Shown piece after piece: positions 8,593-18,633 of a stretch of DNA of 64,000 nt (positions are counted from its first letter, which is position 1; each line of letters opens with the position of its first letter). The DNA is taken from assembly GCA_963668335.2 (NCBI GenBank), contig CAXXRY010000032.1, positions 32,442 through 96,441 of the forward strand, read 5' to 3'. Position numbers and translations under genes: made by a program. Source of the DNA: Aminobacteriaceae bacterium (GTDB lineage: Bacteria > Synergistota > Synergistia > Synergistales > Aminobacteriaceae). The notes below the pieces were generated by a model, which was not told the origin of the DNA, made no database searches, and saw nothing but the letters and a program-made list of their open reading frames with translations.

Positions 8593-9513
8593 ATGACTGG
8601 GTATCTCATCAAGCGGATACTCTATTTTGCCACGGTGCTTGCTGTTGCGGCGGTAACGATATGGGTGTATCAGTACTGGTGGGAGCAGAATGCTCTTGAA
8701 AGCCCTGATGTAGTGTCGGCAGTGCCCTATACGTACATCGAAAGAATCCCGGTCAAGGGAGTTTTAATATGGGAAGAGACGATTCTTGCTTCCCGTTGGG
8801 ACGGTAACCTTTCGTACCCGGAGCCTGGAACAAGAAGAGTTGCGCGGGGCGAAACCGTTGCGGTTATCAGTTCATCGTCGGGGAGAATGGCTGTTCGTTC
8901 AGAGTCGGTCGGGTATTTTGTTCCCGGTGTGGACGGAGCCGAAGGAGAGTGGCGGTATGCGTTCCACTGGCCCGGAATGGCGCCGTTGCCCGCTTCCCCC
9001 GCTCTTGCATTCTTTTCACCAGGATCGTACGTTCGCCGAGGGGGGGCCGTGGGGAAGCTTATCTTGCAGCCTCAAGAGCTTCGGTGTGTACTCTACGCCG
9101 ATGTGACGCCCTCGCTCCAAAAAGATATACAAGCGGGTTTTGTGCGCGTCAAGGCCGAGGCGCACGGGTGGCCGGGTAAGGCTGCCGTCAGAGCGTCGCG
9201 TTTTCTTGGTACAAAAGTGAAGCTCTATTTAACATTGCCGTTCTTTCCTGTCGAGAATGTCTCTTCCAGGGAGATCGCACTGTTTCTTGAAACGGGGGAG
9301 CACGTCGGCGTTGCTGTGCCGGAATCCTCCGTTCGATATCGTGAAGGAAAGCTCGGGGTGTTCCAGGTGGAGGGGAATATCGTAAAGTTTAAGGAGATCG
9401 AAGGCCTGCCCGTGGAAGGGCGTCGTTTTTTTGTCCAAAAAGGGCTACAGTCGGGCAATATTGTCGTTCTCGATTCAGAAAGAGCGAAGGAAGGGAAAAT
9501 CCGACTATGGTGA
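8593..9513 (+). CDS. hypothetical N-terminally membrane-anchored protein (HlyD/barrel-sandwich-like C-terminal part)
   Basis: ATG lies 4 nt after the upstream stop. One N-terminal TM helix (ILYFATVLAVAAVTIWVY). The function is not recognisable beyond weak adaptor-like features. Confidence 0.45.
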   Translation: MTGYLIKRILYFATVLAVAAVTIWVYQYWWEQNALESPDVVSAVPYTYIERIPVKGVLIWEETILASRWDGNLSYPEPGTRRVARGETVAVISSSSGRMAVRSESVGYFVPGVDGAEGEWRYAFHWPGMAPLPASPALAFFSPGSYVRRGGAVGKLILQPQELRCVLYADVTPSLQKDIQAGFVRVKAEAHGWPGKAAVRASRFLGTKVKLYLTLPFFPVENVSSREIALFLETGEHVGVAVPESSVRYREGKLGVFQVEGNIVKFKEIEGLPVEGRRFFVQKGLQSGNIVVLDSERAKEGKIRLW

Positions 9514-10199
9514 GTGCAATACAAAATAATCTGCACCACGTGCTGGGAAAACTTGGCGATGCTGTCCGGAAAAGCGGAAGGAACGACGATGACGTGCGGC
9601 TTGTCGCGGTGACAAAAACCTATCCGGTGGAGGATATTCTTGAAGCTGTCCGGTGCGGCGTCGTATCGGTCGGGGAGAACCGGGTACAGGAACTCGCTGA
9701 GAAACGAAGTTTTTGGAGCGGACCTCCCATCGAGTGGCGACTCATCGGGCATCTGCAAGGGAATAAGGTGAGGAAGGCTCTTGAATGCGCGTCCACCGTC
9801 GACTCCTTGGACTCGCTGTCGCTTGCCAGAGCTCTCGCGCGGGTTGCGGAAGAGAAAAAAATTTACCTTCCGGTGCTTATCGAGGTGAATACTTCGGGAG
9901 AGGAGAGTAAACATGGAATTTCCCCTTCAGAAGCGGAACCTCTGCTTGAGAGCGTGATGAAGGAGTTCCCGGCGCTTCAGGTGGAAGGCCTGATGACGGT
10001 GGGGCCTCTGACCGATGACGAGGCCGAGGTGCGAAGAGCCTTCGCGCTGCTTCGGAAGATCAGGAATTCTTTGAGCGAAGCGTTCGGGCTCCCCTTGAAG
10101 GAGCTTTCCATGGGGATGAGCGGAGATTATGAATGGGCTGTTCAAGAGGGAAGCACTATGGTCCGTATCGGCTCTGCTATCTTCGGAAAACGCACCTGA
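9507..10199 (+). CDS. yggS: YggS/YlmE-family pyridoxal-phosphate homeostasis protein
   Basis: VAVTKTYP, GENRVQE, IGHLQGNKV, EVNTSGEESKHG and LSMGMSGDYEWAVQEGSTMVRIGSAIFG. Confidence 0.9.
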   Translation: MVSAIQNNLHHVLGKLGDAVRKSGRNDDDVRLVAVTKTYPVEDILEAVRCGVVSVGENRVQELAEKRSFWSGPPIEWRLIGHLQGNKVRKALECASTVDSLDSLSLARALARVAEEKKIYLPVLIEVNTSGEESKHGISPSEAEPLLESVMKEFPALQVEGLMTVGPLTDDEAEVRRAFALLRKIRNSLSEAFGLPLKELSMGMSGDYEWAVQEGSTMVRIGSAIFGKRT

Positions 10200-10220
10200 T
10201 CCGCAGCGGGAGGTGAAGCC

Positions 10221-10598
10221 TTGTTGGAAAAAATGATGGCTTTTCTCGGGCTCGTCGACCCGGCTGCCGAAGAAGAAGGCGGCGTGGAAGCGGCGGAACT
10301 CGAAAAAAGAGAGGCCCGCGTACTGAAACCGGTTCCTGAAAGCGCGGTGATTCTCATTGTCCGCGGACTTGAGGGAGTGCAAAGAAAAGAAGAACTTGCC
10401 CTGGCTCTTCGCAAGGGGAAGCTCCTGCTTGTCGATCTTCGGGGGCTTGACCGGGAAAGAGGACAGAGCTTGCTGGATTTTCTCTGCGGAGTGGCTTTTG
10501 CGAACAGAGGAACTGTTTTGCGCGCAGCGGGCGGTATTTTCCTCGCGGCGCCGCGGAAGAGCATGATAGAAGAATGGGAGGAAGAAAACGGTGCCTGA
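10221..10598 (+). CDS. sepF: cell division protein SepF
   Basis: TTG start 6 nt after GGGAGGTG. Conserved SepF core (LLLVDLRGLDRERGQSLLDFLCGVAFANRGTVLRAAGGIFLAAP). It lies between yggS and divIVA, as in Bacillota. Confidence 0.8.
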   Translation: MLEKMMAFLGLVDPAAEEEGGVEAAELEKREARVLKPVPESAVILIVRGLEGVQRKEELALALRKGKLLLVDLRGLDRERGQSLLDFLCGVAFANRGTVLRAAGGIFLAAPRKSMIEEWEEENGA

Positions 10599-11094
10599 TC
10601 TGCTGACAGCTCGCGATGTGGAAAGCAAGCGCTTTTCAAAGGCGATGAGAGGGTATTCCGCTACGGAAGTCGATCAGTTTCTTGATCAAGTGGCCGAGGA
10701 TATCCAGAAGTACTGCGTTCAGTATGCCGATCTCGAGCGCTATGCAGCCCGCCTGGAGGACAAGATTCGGGAGTTTGAAAGCCTGAAGGAAACGCTTTCC
10801 GGAACTCTGCTCATGGCGCAGAAGACTGCGGACGCCAAGGAAGAAGCGGCAAACCGCCAAGCCGAGGCCATCATAGGAGAGGCGAAGTCCAAGGCGGAAC
10901 AGATCATTCAGGAGGCGGAAGCATCGAAGGAGCGAGAGCGGAAGGAGATCAATCATATCAGGCAGCTAAGACAGGAGTTCAAAGCCGACTTCCGCGCACT
11001 CCTCTCCCGCTTTTCTTCCCTTGTTGAACGCGATGAAGAAGAGTCCGACGAGAACGACGGTGCTGAACCTACGGAGGACGACGTGCTCAAGTGA
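10591..11094 (+). CDS. divIVA: DivIVA-domain protein
   Basis: N-terminal LTARDVESKRFSKAMRGYSATEVDQFLDQV followed by a coiled-coil region. Confidence 0.85.
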   Translation: MPDLLTARDVESKRFSKAMRGYSATEVDQFLDQVAEDIQKYCVQYADLERYAARLEDKIREFESLKETLSGTLLMAQKTADAKEEAANRQAEAIIGEAKSKAEQIIQEAEASKERERKEINHIRQLRQEFKADFRALLSRFSSLVERDEEESDENDGAEPTEDDVLK

Positions 11095-13166
11095 CTATTC
11101 GTCGCGCGGACCTCTCCGATCCCGTCCGATTCGTGAAGGGAGTCGGCCCTTCCAGAGAACGTCAGTTGGCCAACCTCAATGTTTTCACGGCGGAGGATCT
11201 CCTGTTTCTTTTTCCCCGCCGGTACGAAGACAGGCGGACGCTGACGCCGCTTTCGTCTCTCAGGGCCGGAGCGGCGGCGACGGTGATCGCCAGAGTTGTT
11301 GCCCTTGAAAAACGGACAACAGCAAAAAAGAAGCTCGCTCTTACCACTGTGTTGATTTCCGATGGTCATGGGATGGCGAAGGCTGTCTGGTTCAACAGAG
11401 TTGGACTGGAGAACATCTTCCATTCAGGACTCAGAGTTGCTCTGTACGGCAAAGTGGAGATGCACAACGGCGTTCCTCAGCTTATAGCTCCTGAATTCGA
11501 GGTTCTTGAAGAGGACGACGGAGAAGAGGACCTGCTCTCGATCGTTCCCCTGTATCCGGCGACTGCGGGGCTGCATCAGAAAACGTTGCGCCGCATTGTG
11601 CGGACGGCGCTGGAGGAGTATCTTCCCCTGCTGGAAGAGTTTCTTCCCGCATCTTTGCAGGAGCGCCACAGCTTGTGCAAATTGACTGAAGCGATGAGGG
11701 AAATACACTATCCAACGTCTCGGGAGAACTGGAAGACCGCCAGGAGACGCCTTGTCTTCGACGAGTTCTTTCTCCTGCAGGCGGGGCTTGCTCTGCGAAG
11801 GAACAGGGCCGAAAAACCCCTTGAACGAGCTCCTTCGCTTGTCCGTGGGCATTTTGTCGAGGAGTATATGAATCGTTTTCTTCCGTTTTCGCTCACGGAA
11901 GGGCAGAGGAGCGCCGTGGAGGACATTCTCGCGGATATGGAGCGAACGGCGCCTATGAATCGTCTTCTTCAGGGAGACGTCGGATCGGGCAAGACTGTTG
12001 TTGCGCTTATCGCATTGCTCGCCGCGCTCGACGGAGAGTGCCAGGGAGCTCTTTTGGCTCCGACCGAGATTCTTGCCCGCCAGCACTTTCTCCGCCTTTC
12101 GCCTGTTTTTACTGCTCTTGGAATTCCGTGCACATTGCTGACCGGCTCTCTCGGCGTCAAAGAGAAAAAAGAGGTGTACGCCGGGCTAGAATCCGGTGAA
12201 ATAGCCGTTGCGATAGGAACGCACGCTCTGTTCTCGGAAGGAGTATCGTTTGCTCGATTAGGTCTAGCCATCGTCGACGAACAGCATCGTTTCGGCGTTC
12301 TTCAGAAACATACCTTCCGCGCCAAGGGAAGCGCGCCGCACGTTTTAGTGATGACAGCGACACCAATCCCGCGCACGCTTACGCTGACCGTCTACGGAGA
12401 TCTCTCTGTGTCCGTGATCTCCGGTATGCCGCCGGGAAGAAAAGGAGTGAAAACGAGCGCTGTTTCTCCGAAAAAACTGCCCGCTCTTCTGCGTTTTTTA
12501 AAAGAACGATTCGATGCCGGAGAACGCGCGTACTGGATATGTCCTCTCATCGAAGAGAGCGACTCCGATCTTTCCGCGGCGACGTCGAGGTTTGAAGAAC
12601 TCTCTGAAGAATTTGGTGTCCACGGAGTCGGCCTGCTTCACGGAAGGCTCTCCCTTTCGGAGAAGGAGAGGGCGATGGAGGATTTTCGGAGCGGCGTCAC
12701 CCAGCTTCTTGTTTCTACCACCGTTGTTGAGGTTGGGGTGGATGTTCCCGAGGCGACAGTAATGGTGGTTGAGGACGCGGTTCGCTTCGGACTTTCGCAG
12801 CTCCATCAGCTGAGAGGAAGAATTGGCAGAGGAAACGCGGAGGGAGTCTGCATTCTTGTGTGTAGGCCCTCGACGCCTGAAAGCAGACGGAGAATAGAGG
12901 CTTTCTGCTCCACGGAGGACGGTTTTGCCATTGCTGAGGCGGATCTCCGGCTCCGTGGTCCCGGGGAAGTCTGCGGTGTCAGGCAGTCGGGTGTGACGGA
13001 TTTTCGTATTGCCGATCTTTTAAAGGATCAGGAGGTTCTCCGGCTCGCCCGAACGGAAGCATTCGCTCTTGTCGGGGAGGATCCGGAGCTCAGGAGAACG
13101 CCGCTTCTGGCGGAGCGTGTATTTCATGTCCTCGGGAGGTCGCTGAATCTTGTCGAAACAGCCTGA
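11091..13166 (+). CDS. recG: ATP-dependent DNA helicase RecG
   Basis: 691 aa with a wedge domain, Walker A (GDVGSGKT), a DEQH box and the TATPIPRTL and QLHQLRGRIGRG motifs. Confidence 0.95.
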   Translation: MTIRRADLSDPVRFVKGVGPSRERQLANLNVFTAEDLLFLFPRRYEDRRTLTPLSSLRAGAAATVIARVVALEKRTTAKKKLALTTVLISDGHGMAKAVWFNRVGLENIFHSGLRVALYGKVEMHNGVPQLIAPEFEVLEEDDGEEDLLSIVPLYPATAGLHQKTLRRIVRTALEEYLPLLEEFLPASLQERHSLCKLTEAMREIHYPTSRENWKTARRRLVFDEFFLLQAGLALRRNRAEKPLERAPSLVRGHFVEEYMNRFLPFSLTEGQRSAVEDILADMERTAPMNRLLQGDVGSGKTVVALIALLAALDGECQGALLAPTEILARQHFLRLSPVFTALGIPCTLLTGSLGVKEKKEVYAGLESGEIAVAIGTHALFSEGVSFARLGLAIVDEQHRFGVLQKHTFRAKGSAPHVLVMTATPIPRTLTLTVYGDLSVSVISGMPPGRKGVKTSAVSPKKLPALLRFLKERFDAGERAYWICPLIEESDSDLSAATSRFEELSEEFGVHGVGLLHGRLSLSEKERAMEDFRSGVTQLLVSTTVVEVGVDVPEATVMVVEDAVRFGLSQLHQLRGRIGRGNAEGVCILVCRPSTPESRRRIEAFCSTEDGFAIAEADLRLRGPGEVCGVRQSGVTDFRIADLLKDQEVLRLARTEAFALVGEDPELRRTPLLAERVFHVLGRSLNLVETA

Positions 13167-13608
13167 AAGAAAAAAAAGACCCGGCGCAAAGAACCCGGAA
13201 GAGTATGTGCATTCGCTGCTTACAAGCGGTGTCTGGACAAAGGCTGTTGTTCTCCGCAAACTTAAAGACAGGGGGATTTCGGAGAAAGAAGCGGAAATGC
13301 TCATAGATAAGTACGAAGAGGCCGGTTTTTTCGATGACGGCGCCTATGCTCTTCTTTTCGTGGAATCGCATCCGGAATGGGGAATATACAGGATTCGGGA
13401 CGAGTTGCGGAGGAGAGGCGTAGCGCAGGAGCACATACTCAAGGCACTGGAAGAGAAAGATGAGGATGAGAATGCGGCTGCGCTTGCCGGGGAATGGATC
13501 CGGATGGGAATAGATCGGCGAAAGATCGCCGAACGACTGCTTCGGCGCGGTTTTTCGAGGAATGCATGCAGAAATGCTCTTGAAAGGGCTTGTGAGGGCG
13601 AAGTCTGA
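13150..13608 (+). CDS. recX: RecX-family regulatory protein
   Basis: Three-helix repeats (RKLKDRGISEKEAEMLIDKYEEAGFFDD; IRDELRRRGVAQEHILKALE; LLRRGFSRNACRNAL). The TTG start overlaps the recG end. Confidence 0.7.
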   Translation: MSKQPERKKRPGAKNPEEYVHSLLTSGVWTKAVVLRKLKDRGISEKEAEMLIDKYEEAGFFDDGAYALLFVESHPEWGIYRIRDELRRRGVAQEHILKALEEKDEDENAAALAGEWIRMGIDRRKIAERLLRRGFSRNACRNALERACEGEV

Positions 13609-13702
13609 CCTGTAAAATAAAGAGGCCGTGGAAGAGAGTGCCTTCCATGACGTGAAAAACAAAGGCACCTTGAAAATATAATCGAGGAGTGATCAAGATA
13701 CT

Positions 13703-15244
13703 ATGAACTTTTTTACTGCAATTGTGGCGTTCGTTCTAGGGATCGCCGCTGGAGTTGGAGCGGGGTTCCTGCTTTCCAAATCTTTCGGAATCAAGAACAT
13801 CGAAAACGCGAAGGCGCAGGCTCGGGCTATATTGCGGGAAGCGGCAATGGCGGCCGAGCAGGGAAAACGCGAGAAACTCACCGAGGCGAAGGAAGAGATC
13901 TTCAAACTTCGTCAAGAGATTGAACGCGAGGGCAAGGAACGTCGCTCGGAGCTCCAGCGAGCTGAACGGCGTTTAGAGCAGAAAGAAGAGAACCTGGATA
14001 AAAAGCTGGACCGCGTTGCCCACCGTGAAGAGGAGTTGAAGGCAAAGCAGGAAGAGCTGGAGAACAGGATGCTCGAGCTCGAAGAAATCAAAAAGAAACA
14101 GCTGGAACGCCTTGAAGAAATTGCCCGCATGACAAGCGAAGAAGCAAGGGAGTTACTTCTTCGCCAGACGGAGGAAGATGCGCAGCATTTTCTCGGTCTT
14201 CGTATCAAGGAACTCGAAGAGAAATCCAAGCGGGAGGCGGACAGAAAAGCGCGTGAGATTATCGTGACGGCGGTGCAACGCTGTGCGGTGGAACACACAT
14301 CGGAATCGGCAGTGAGCGTGGTGCATCTTCCCTCGGATGAGATGAAGGGAAGGATTATCGGCAGAGAGGGGCGGAACATCCGTACCTTCGAAACCTTGGC
14401 GGGAGTAGATCTTATAGTCGACGATACACCGGAAGCTGTAACGCTGAGCAGCTTCGATCCTGTACGCCGCGAGATCGCCAGACTTTCTCTGGAACGTCTC
14501 GTGACCGATGGAAGAATACATCCGGCAAGGATCGAGGAGCTTATCGAGAAGGCCACCAAGGATGTAGAGAATCAGATTATTGAAGCCGGCGAGAGCGCGA
14601 TTCTGGAGACCGGCGTCAAAAATATGCACCCGGAGCTGGTGCGAACTCTCGGTCAGCTCAAATTCCGGTTCAGCTACGGACAAAATGCTCTTCAGCACAG
14701 CCTTGAAGTGGCGTACGTGTCCGGAATGATCGCCGCTGAATTGGGCATTGACGAGGAAATCGCTCGTCGGGCTGGTCTGCTCCATGATCTGGGCAAGGCT
14801 GTGGACCATCAGGTAGAAGGTCCTCACGCCCTGATAGGCGCGGATCTTGCGCGACGGTTCAACGAAAGTCCCGAGGTCGTAAGCGCGATCGCTTCGCATC
14901 ACGAAGACCAGGAAGCGAAAAGCATCTACGATGTCATCGTCGCCTCCGCGGACGCTGTAAGCGCATCGCGTCCCGGGGCGCGCCGCGAAAGCCTCGACGC
15001 CTACGTCAAACGCCTCGAAAAGCTCGAGGAACTTGCAAAGACCTTCAACGGTGTAAGCAAGGCCTACGCAATCCAGGCCGGGCGAGAAGTCCGCGTAGTG
15101 GTGACCCCGAATATTACCGACGATGCGATCGTGCATAAAATTGCGTACGACATCGCGCGAAAGATTGAGGAAGAGATGAAGTACCCCGGTCAGATAAAAG
15201 TTACAGCGACGAAAGAGACGCGCGCCACGGAGTACGCGAAGTAA
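13703..15244 (+). CDS. rny: ribonuclease Y
   Basis: N-terminal TM helix, coiled coil, a KH domain (MKGRIIGREGRNIRTFE) and an HD domain (HSLEVA...GLLHDLGKA). Confidence 0.95.
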   Translation: MNFFTAIVAFVLGIAAGVGAGFLLSKSFGIKNIENAKAQARAILREAAMAAEQGKREKLTEAKEEIFKLRQEIEREGKERRSELQRAERRLEQKEENLDKKLDRVAHREEELKAKQEELENRMLELEEIKKKQLERLEEIARMTSEEARELLLRQTEEDAQHFLGLRIKELEEKSKREADRKAREIIVTAVQRCAVEHTSESAVSVVHLPSDEMKGRIIGREGRNIRTFETLAGVDLIVDDTPEAVTLSSFDPVRREIARLSLERLVTDGRIHPARIEELIEKATKDVENQIIEAGESAILETGVKNMHPELVRTLGQLKFRFSYGQNALQHSLEVAYVSGMIAAELGIDEEIARRAGLLHDLGKAVDHQVEGPHALIGADLARRFNESPEVVSAIASHHEDQEAKSIYDVIVASADAVSASRPGARRESLDAYVKRLEKLEELAKTFNGVSKAYAIQAGREVRVVVTPNITDDAIVHKIAYDIARKIEEEMKYPGQIKVTATKETRATEYAK

Positions 15245-15249
15245 CCGAT

Positions 15250-16029
15250 ATGAAGATTCTTTTTATCGGCGATATTATGGGAAGCCCGGGAAGGAAGGCG
15301 GTTGCGGCCTTCCTTCCACAGCTGGCGGAGCGCGAGGGAGGGTTCGATTTTGTCCTCGCCAACTGTGAAAATGCCGCCGCCGGGAAAGGCATCACCCAAA
15401 AAATAGTCAATGAACTGTTCGCAATGGGGATCTCCGGAATGACTTCAGGGAATCATATTTGGGACAAGAGTGAAGGAGTTCCTGTGCTGGCTGCGGAATC
15501 GAGGATTGTTCGCCCGGCGAACTACCCGGATGCTTGTCCCGGTCAGGGGTGGATGCTGCTTGAGAACGGAGAGCACCGCCTGATGGTTGCGAACCTGCAA
15601 GGACGGGTTTTTATGCCCCCTCTCGACTGCCCCTTCCGCAAAGCGGATGAGCTTGTGGCCGCTGCGGGCGATGTCCCGCTCGTGATTGATTTTCATGCGG
15701 AGGCGACCTCGGAAAAAAAAGCGCTCGGATACTATCTGGATGGGAGAGCCGCGGCCCTGCTGGGGACGCATACGCATGTTCAGACCGCCGACGAGGAGAT
15801 ACTTCCGCAGGGAACAGCCTACATTTCTGACGCCGGTATGACCGGCGGGCACAGAAGCTCCATCGGGATGAAGCTTGAGGGCGTTCTTCCGAGGTATCTG
15901 ACAGGGATGCCTTCCAAGTTTGAGGTTTCCGGGGACGGCCTTGCATTCAACGGAGTTGTCGTAACACTGGACGAGGAAACGGGGCGAGCGGTTGGTATTT
16001 CGAGGATCAACGAAAGACTGTCCCACTGA
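15250..16029 (+). CDS. ymdB: YmdB-type metallophosphoesterase (TIGR00282 family)
   Basis: MKILFIGDIMGSPGR, ANCENAAAGKGIT, SGNHIWDK and GTHTHVQTADEEILPQGTAYISDAGMTG. It lies directly after rny, as in Bacillota. Confidence 0.9.
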   Translation: MKILFIGDIMGSPGRKAVAAFLPQLAEREGGFDFVLANCENAAAGKGITQKIVNELFAMGISGMTSGNHIWDKSEGVPVLAAESRIVRPANYPDACPGQGWMLLENGEHRLMVANLQGRVFMPPLDCPFRKADELVAAAGDVPLVIDFHAEATSEKKALGYYLDGRAAALLGTHTHVQTADEEILPQGTAYISDAGMTGGHRSSIGMKLEGVLPRYLTGMPSKFEVSGDGLAFNGVVVTLDEETGRAVGISRINERLSH

Positions 16030-16036
16030 AAAGACC

Positions 16037-16097
16037 TTAAAGACAAAGAAGAGAGAGGGAGGCGAAACACGCCTCCCTCTCTCTTCTTTGTCTTTAA
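16037..16097. terminator. perfect 28-nt-arm palindrome between convergent ymdB and hypE (bidirectional terminator candidate)
   Basis: TTAAAGACAAAGAAGAGAGAGGGAGGCG - aaaca - CGCCTCCCTCTCTCTTCTTTGTCTTTAA. Confidence 0.75.
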
Positions 16098-16117
16098 TTT
16101 TCCGATCCTGTTTCTCT

Positions 16118-17110
16118 TCAGCAAATTCTGGGGAGCAGCTCGCCGAACGGCATGTCAACGAGGCGCTCGCCTCCTATGGCGGTTCTCATGGAGACCATCC
16201 CTTTCGGTTCTCCTCTGGAGACGCTCCCGATAATCGCCGCGGCCCCGCAGAGCGGCGAGCTCTGGAGCGTGTTGATTACTTTATGTGCGGAGGCTTCCGA
16301 GACGGCAAGAACGATGCACCCCTCGCACGCCATGTATAACGGATCGAATCCCAGAACATCGCACAGAGAGCGGACTGTGTTGTCAACGGGAAGAGATGAT
16401 TCGTCAAGTGAAATGTGGAGATTCGCCGACTCCGCCCATTCGCAGAGAACTGTTCCCAGTCCCCCGCGGGTGCAGTCTCTCATACAGTGAAGCCCATCGA
16501 TTGACAAGAGAGGTTGAATAGCGGGCCAGAGTGCCGCGCAGTCGCTTTCGAGTCCGTCGACGGAAAGATTGAATCTGGCCGCGGCGATCGCGGCGCCATG
16601 GCGGCCGATGGAAGTGGAAACAATCAGGGCGTCTTCCTCGCGAATGTTCGACATACTGAGAGGATGAGCCGTCCGTATTCTTCCGAAAGCGCTCCCCGAG
16701 AAATAGACGCCGTCGACGGTTCCTGACGGAACTACTTTGGTATCGCCTGCGGCAAGAGTCATCCCGAGCAATTCGCAGGTAGCGGCCGCGCTCTCCATGT
16801 ATTCCGCAAGCTCCCCGGCGGGAAACCCCTCTTCGATAATCAGTCCGATTCCCAGGAAATCCGGAGAAGCGCCCCGGACTGCAAGGTCGTTCGCACAGCC
16901 GCAGACGCAGAGATGCCCTATATCTCCGCCTGGGAACTTCCGCGGAGAAACTGTGAATCCGTCGACCGTCATGGCGTATCCTCCCTGCAGAAGGGCTGCA
17001 TCCTCCATTTCCGGGCCGATATTGCGTTTCCGGAAGCCTTCCAGCAGCATTTCCACAAGTTCGTGGCTCTGCCTACCTCCGCTTCCGTGCCCAAGCGTTA
17101 CTGTATTCAT
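16118..17110 (-). CDS. hypE: [NiFe]-hydrogenase maturation protein HypE
   Basis: AIR-synthase-like fold with TLGHGSGG near the N-terminus and the diagnostic C-terminal PRIC. ATG 17110 overlaps the hypD stop (ATGA). Confidence 0.9.
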   Translation of the reverse strand: MNTVTLGHGSGGRQSHELVEMLLEGFRKRNIGPEMEDAALLQGGYAMTVDGFTVSPRKFPGGDIGHLCVCGCANDLAVRGASPDFLGIGLIIEEGFPAGELAEYMESAAATCELLGMTLAAGDTKVVPSGTVDGVYFSGSAFGRIRTAHPLSMSNIREEDALIVSTSIGRHGAAIAAARFNLSVDGLESDCAALWPAIQPLLSIDGLHCMRDCTRGGLGTVLCEWAESANLHISLDESSLPVDNTVRSLCDVLGFDPLYMACEGCIVLAVSEASAHKVINTLQSSPLCGAAAIIGSVSRGEPKGMVSMRTAIGGERLVDMPFGELLPRIC

Positions 17111-18180
17111 TGTTTTCCTCCGTTTGTTCTGAAATAACGAAAGTACGCGCCGCACGTCCCCTCCCCGGAGACCATGCAGGGGCCTACAGGGGAGACAGGA
17201 GTACAGGTTGTTCTAAAGAGAGGACACTCGGTCGGGGTGATCCTTCCGGTGAGTACTTCTCCGCATCGGCAGCCGGCCGGAGCTTCGCCGGGAGCAGGGG
17301 AGAGCGCAAAACGCTTTTCGGCGTCAAAGCGAGAAAATTCTTCTCGAAGGACAAGGCCGGAATCCGTGAGAACGCCGAGTCCTCTCCATGGAGCGTCTCT
17401 GTTGATAAAAACACTCTCCATGAGTTTACGCGCTCTTTTATTTCCTTCAGGACGGACAGCCTGCCCATAAACCGAGCGGAGAGCCGCTTCACCCTTTTTC
17501 TTCTGGAGGGCGATCGCCACAAGACCGAGCATGATCTGTTCAGGGTCGAATCCTGCGATAACTGCTGGAATACCCTGTTCTTCAGCGAGGAAGCGGAACG
17601 GTTCATGGCCGAGGATAACGCTGACATGACCTGGAAGAAGAAAACCTGAGAGCGCAAGGGCCGGATCGGCGGAGAGTACTTTGAGAGCAGGAGGAGTTCG
17701 CTTGTGAAACGAAAGGATTGAAAGATTAGCGATATTCCGCTCCGAGGCTTCGAGGACCAGCGCAGCAGTCGCCGGTGCAGTTGTTTCGAAGCCGACGGCG
17801 AGGAAGACCACTTCTTTCGCGGGTTCTTTTTCCGCAATTACAAGAACGTCGGAGGCGCTCGTCACTAATCGTGCGTCGAAACCGGCGCTTCGTTTCGATG
17901 CAAGAGAACCCGATTTGCCGGGGACGCGGAACATGTCGCCGTATGCCGCGACAATCGAGCCAGTCTCCAAGAGGGAGAGAGCGCAGTCGATTTCTCCTTG
18001 GTCCGTAACGCATACGGGGCATCCCGGCCCCGAAACAAGACGGAGCTGCGGTGGAAGCAGGCTCCGAATTCCGGAGCGGAAGATGGAAACCGTATGTGTG
18101 CCGCAAACCTCCATCACCGAGATCGGCTCGGTGACGACCGCCTTCAGTGCCTCCGAGGCCGCAGTTATATTAGACATCAT
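17107..18180 (-). CDS. hypD: [NiFe]-hydrogenase maturation protein HypD
   Basis: EVCGTHT, GPGCPVCV, GFETTAP and C-terminal CxxC / PCxxxGEGxC-type cysteines. Confidence 0.9.
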   Translation of the reverse strand: MMSNITAASEALKAVVTEPISVMEVCGTHTVSIFRSGIRSLLPPQLRLVSGPGCPVCVTDQGEIDCALSLLETGSIVAAYGDMFRVPGKSGSLASKRSAGFDARLVTSASDVLVIAEKEPAKEVVFLAVGFETTAPATAALVLEASERNIANLSILSFHKRTPPALKVLSADPALALSGFLLPGHVSVILGHEPFRFLAEEQGIPAVIAGFDPEQIMLGLVAIALQKKKGEAALRSVYGQAVRPEGNKRARKLMESVFINRDAPWRGLGVLTDSGLVLREEFSRFDAEKRFALSPAPGEAPAGCRCGEVLTGRITPTECPLFRTTCTPVSPVGPCMVSGEGTCGAYFRYFRTNGGKQ

Positions 18181-18430
18181 TACTCGTCGAAGTAGCCCGG
18201 AAGGGGGCTCCGGCGAGACTCCGGACCTCCTCCCAAAGTGCGATCAGCTCTTCGGAATCTGCCCTGGAGAGTTTTTCTATCGCAAACCCTGCGTGGACAA
18301 GCACAGTATCTCCGGGGACCGGGGAATCTACAAGATCGGTTCGTATCTCTGTCCGGACGGCTCCGGCCAAAGCAACCGCTTTGTTTCCGTCCCGGATTTC
18401 CTGAATAACGTGGGGTATAGCAAGGCACAT
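18170..18430 (-). CDS. hypC: [NiFe]-hydrogenase maturation chaperone HypC/HupF family
   Basis: Starts MCLAIPHVIQEI, the canonical N-terminal Cys2 of HypC, and is about 86 aa. The longer 117-aa ORF in the track has no support upstream of this Met. Confidence 0.85.
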   Translation of the reverse strand: MCLAIPHVIQEIRDGNKAVALAGAVRTEIRTDLVDSPVPGDTVLVHAGFAIEKLSRADSEELIALWEEVRSLAGAPFRATSTSNDV

Positions 18431-18491
18431 GGTGATCACTCCTTTTCGCGCTCTATTGTACTCCAGAAATAAGGAAATACACCTCGCCCAC

Positions 18492-18519
18492 TTGGAAGAA
18501 TCCTGATCTGGTGTATAAT
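18492..18519 (+). promoter_or_regulatory. candidate sigma-70 promoter for the NSS transporter gene
   Basis: TTGGAA - 16 nt - TATAAT. An AT-rich 7-bp inverted repeat, ACAATAT-N9-ATATTGT (18520-18542), follows immediately. Confidence 0.35.
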
Positions 18520-18633
18520 ACAATATGATTATTATATATTGTGAATATCATTTGGAATAGGGGGGTGGGTATAAGAAGAGGCGTCGATGCTTCCGGAAGG
18601 TTTCTAGGCTCAAATCGATAATGAAGGAGGGGT

